Positions 31,041-32,000 of a stretch of DNA of 32,000 bases are shown piece after piece. Within the stretch, counting starts at the first letter, position 1, and each line of letters starts with the position of its first letter. This DNA is from Fastidiosibacter lacustris (lineage in GTDB: Bacteria > Pseudomonadota > Gammaproteobacteria > Francisellales > Francisellaceae). The translations under genes and the position numbers were made by a program. The notes under the pieces are model-generated. The model ran no database searches and was not told the DNA's origin. It was given only the letters and a program-made list of their open reading frames with translations. The stretch is from NCBI RefSeq assembly GCF_003428155.1, contig NZ_QLIR01000002.1, positions 180,001 to 212,000 on the forward strand, written 5' to 3'.

Positions 31041-31232
31041 TTACATCAATATTTTTATAGCTTGATACTGCTTAAGGTTGCGTTTAGCTTCTGCCATATC
31101 GGAATAGACTTTATAGTCTTTCAAATAAACCTCTTTATGTCATATGCTCAATAAAAATATGATCAAAAGCTGCCCATCTACGTTGATTTTAATATCATTG
31201 ACAAAGCATATTTAAACGAAGTGCTGACTTCT
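31041..31232 (-). pseudogene. Degenerate remnant of an IS3-family transposase (OrfB integrase core, C-terminal part)
   Basis: Minus-strand frames give SQHFV*ICFVNDIKINVDG, then AFDHIFIEHM, then HKEVYLKDYKVYSDMAEAKRNLKQYQ. These align in order with the IS3 pattern GSQYTS...IKISMDGKG.ALDNIFIERLWRSVKYEEVYLKEY...EA...L..Y, separated by frameshifts and stops. Confidence 0.7.
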
Positions 31233-31426
31233 ATTCTAGACCTCATGGTTGGTGATGTTAAGGATGGTTTATTGGTTTTTTGATGGAGATTGAGTAAGTA
31301 AGATTGAGATGATGTGAAAATCTTAGTTTTTGGTGGTCAATCCGATATTTTGGTTTTATTATTAGCGGCAAATTAAGGTTTGATGATATAAAGATATAAT
31401 CTTTTGATTCAGGGAGTATTTACTCA

Positions 31427-32000
31427 ATGCCAATATTGCAATGGCTCAATAGAGAGGAAAGCATAAGAAAAAGCAGTAAGGTGCCGTATCGTTTGTTAGA
31501 GGTTGACGATAGTTTATCTTATGGTGACAAAGATACTGAAAATATGTTGATACAGGGAGATAACCTTGATGCGTTAAAGGCTTTGTTGCCTTATTATGCG
31601 GGTAAAGTGAAGTGTATATTTATAGACCCCCCATACAATACTAAAAGTGCTTTTGAGTATTACGAGGATAACTTAGAGCATACAAAATGGCTTGAGATGA
31701 TGTATCCAAGGTTGGAGTTATTGCGCGAATTATTGAGTGAAGATGGAAGTATTTGGGTAACGATAGATGATAACGAAGCACATTATTTAAAAGTTATAAT
31801 GGATGAGGTTTTTGGAAGAAAAAACTTTGTAACCAACATTGTTTGGCAAAAAAAATATACAACCTCAAATGATTCAAAAGGTATTCCTGATTCCCATGAT
31901 CATATTTTAGTTTTTAAAAAATCAGAAAAATTTGAAAGAGGTCTTCTTCCAAGAAATGATAAGCAGAATTCAATGTATAAATACGATGATGGTGATGGAA
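31427..32000 (+). CDS. Site-specific DNA-methyltransferase (adenine-specific), type III Mod-like; 3' end outside window
   Basis: MPILQWLNREESIRKSSKVPYRLLEVDDSLSYGDKDTENMLIQGDNLDALKALLPYYAGKVKCIFIDPPYNTKSAFEYYEDNLEHTKWLEMMYPRLELLRELLSEDGSIWVTIDDNEAHYLKVIMDEVFGRKNFVTNIVWQKKY. DPPY catalytic motif. GGGAG about 10 nt upstream of the ATG. Absent from the ORF track because it is open to the window end. Confidence 0.95.
   Translation, partial: MPILQWLNREESIRKSSKVPYRLLEVDDSLSYGDKDTENMLIQGDNLDALKALLPYYAGKVKCIFIDPPYNTKSAFEYYEDNLEHTKWLEMMYPRLELLRELLSEDGSIWVTIDDNEAHYLKVIMDEVFGRKNFVTNIVWQKKYTTSNDSKGIPDSHDHILVFKKSEKFERGLLPRNDKQNSMYKYDDGDG

Overview
This is a 32 kb window of an AT-rich genome, probably gammaproteobacterial. 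Gene content and order point that way (dprA-smg, fkpB-ispH, thrS-infC-rpmI-rplT, accD-folC, rpsP-rimM-trmD-rplS), but no species is assigned. Nearly all of it is core chromosome. In order: partial LysE/RhtB exporter; Wzz-like coiled-coil membrane protein; SWIM+SNF2 helicase; smg; dprA; secreted hypothetical; fkpB; ispH; pssA; thrS; infC (AUU start, truncated in the ORF track); rpmI; rplT; APC permease; PpiC-type isomerase; deaD-like helicase; an orphan PAS plus double-receiver-like protein; deoB; deoC; tmk; nhaA; orphan polyamine-binding protein; tsaE; folC; accD; sthA; rpsP; rimM; trmD; rplS. The accessory part is the right edge (about 30.88-32.0 kb). It holds a 7-copy hexanucleotide microsatellite, a frameshifted IS3-family transposase remnant missing from the ORF track, and the 5' end of a DPPY-motif DNA methyltransferase resembling type III Mod, which runs off the window. 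I found no CRISPR array, rRNA or tRNA. No clearly new system can be claimed. The leads most worth following are the right-edge methyltransferase locus, the PAS/REC protein with its structured leader, a predicted terminator inside the rpsP-rimM operon, and two short unannotated open frames.
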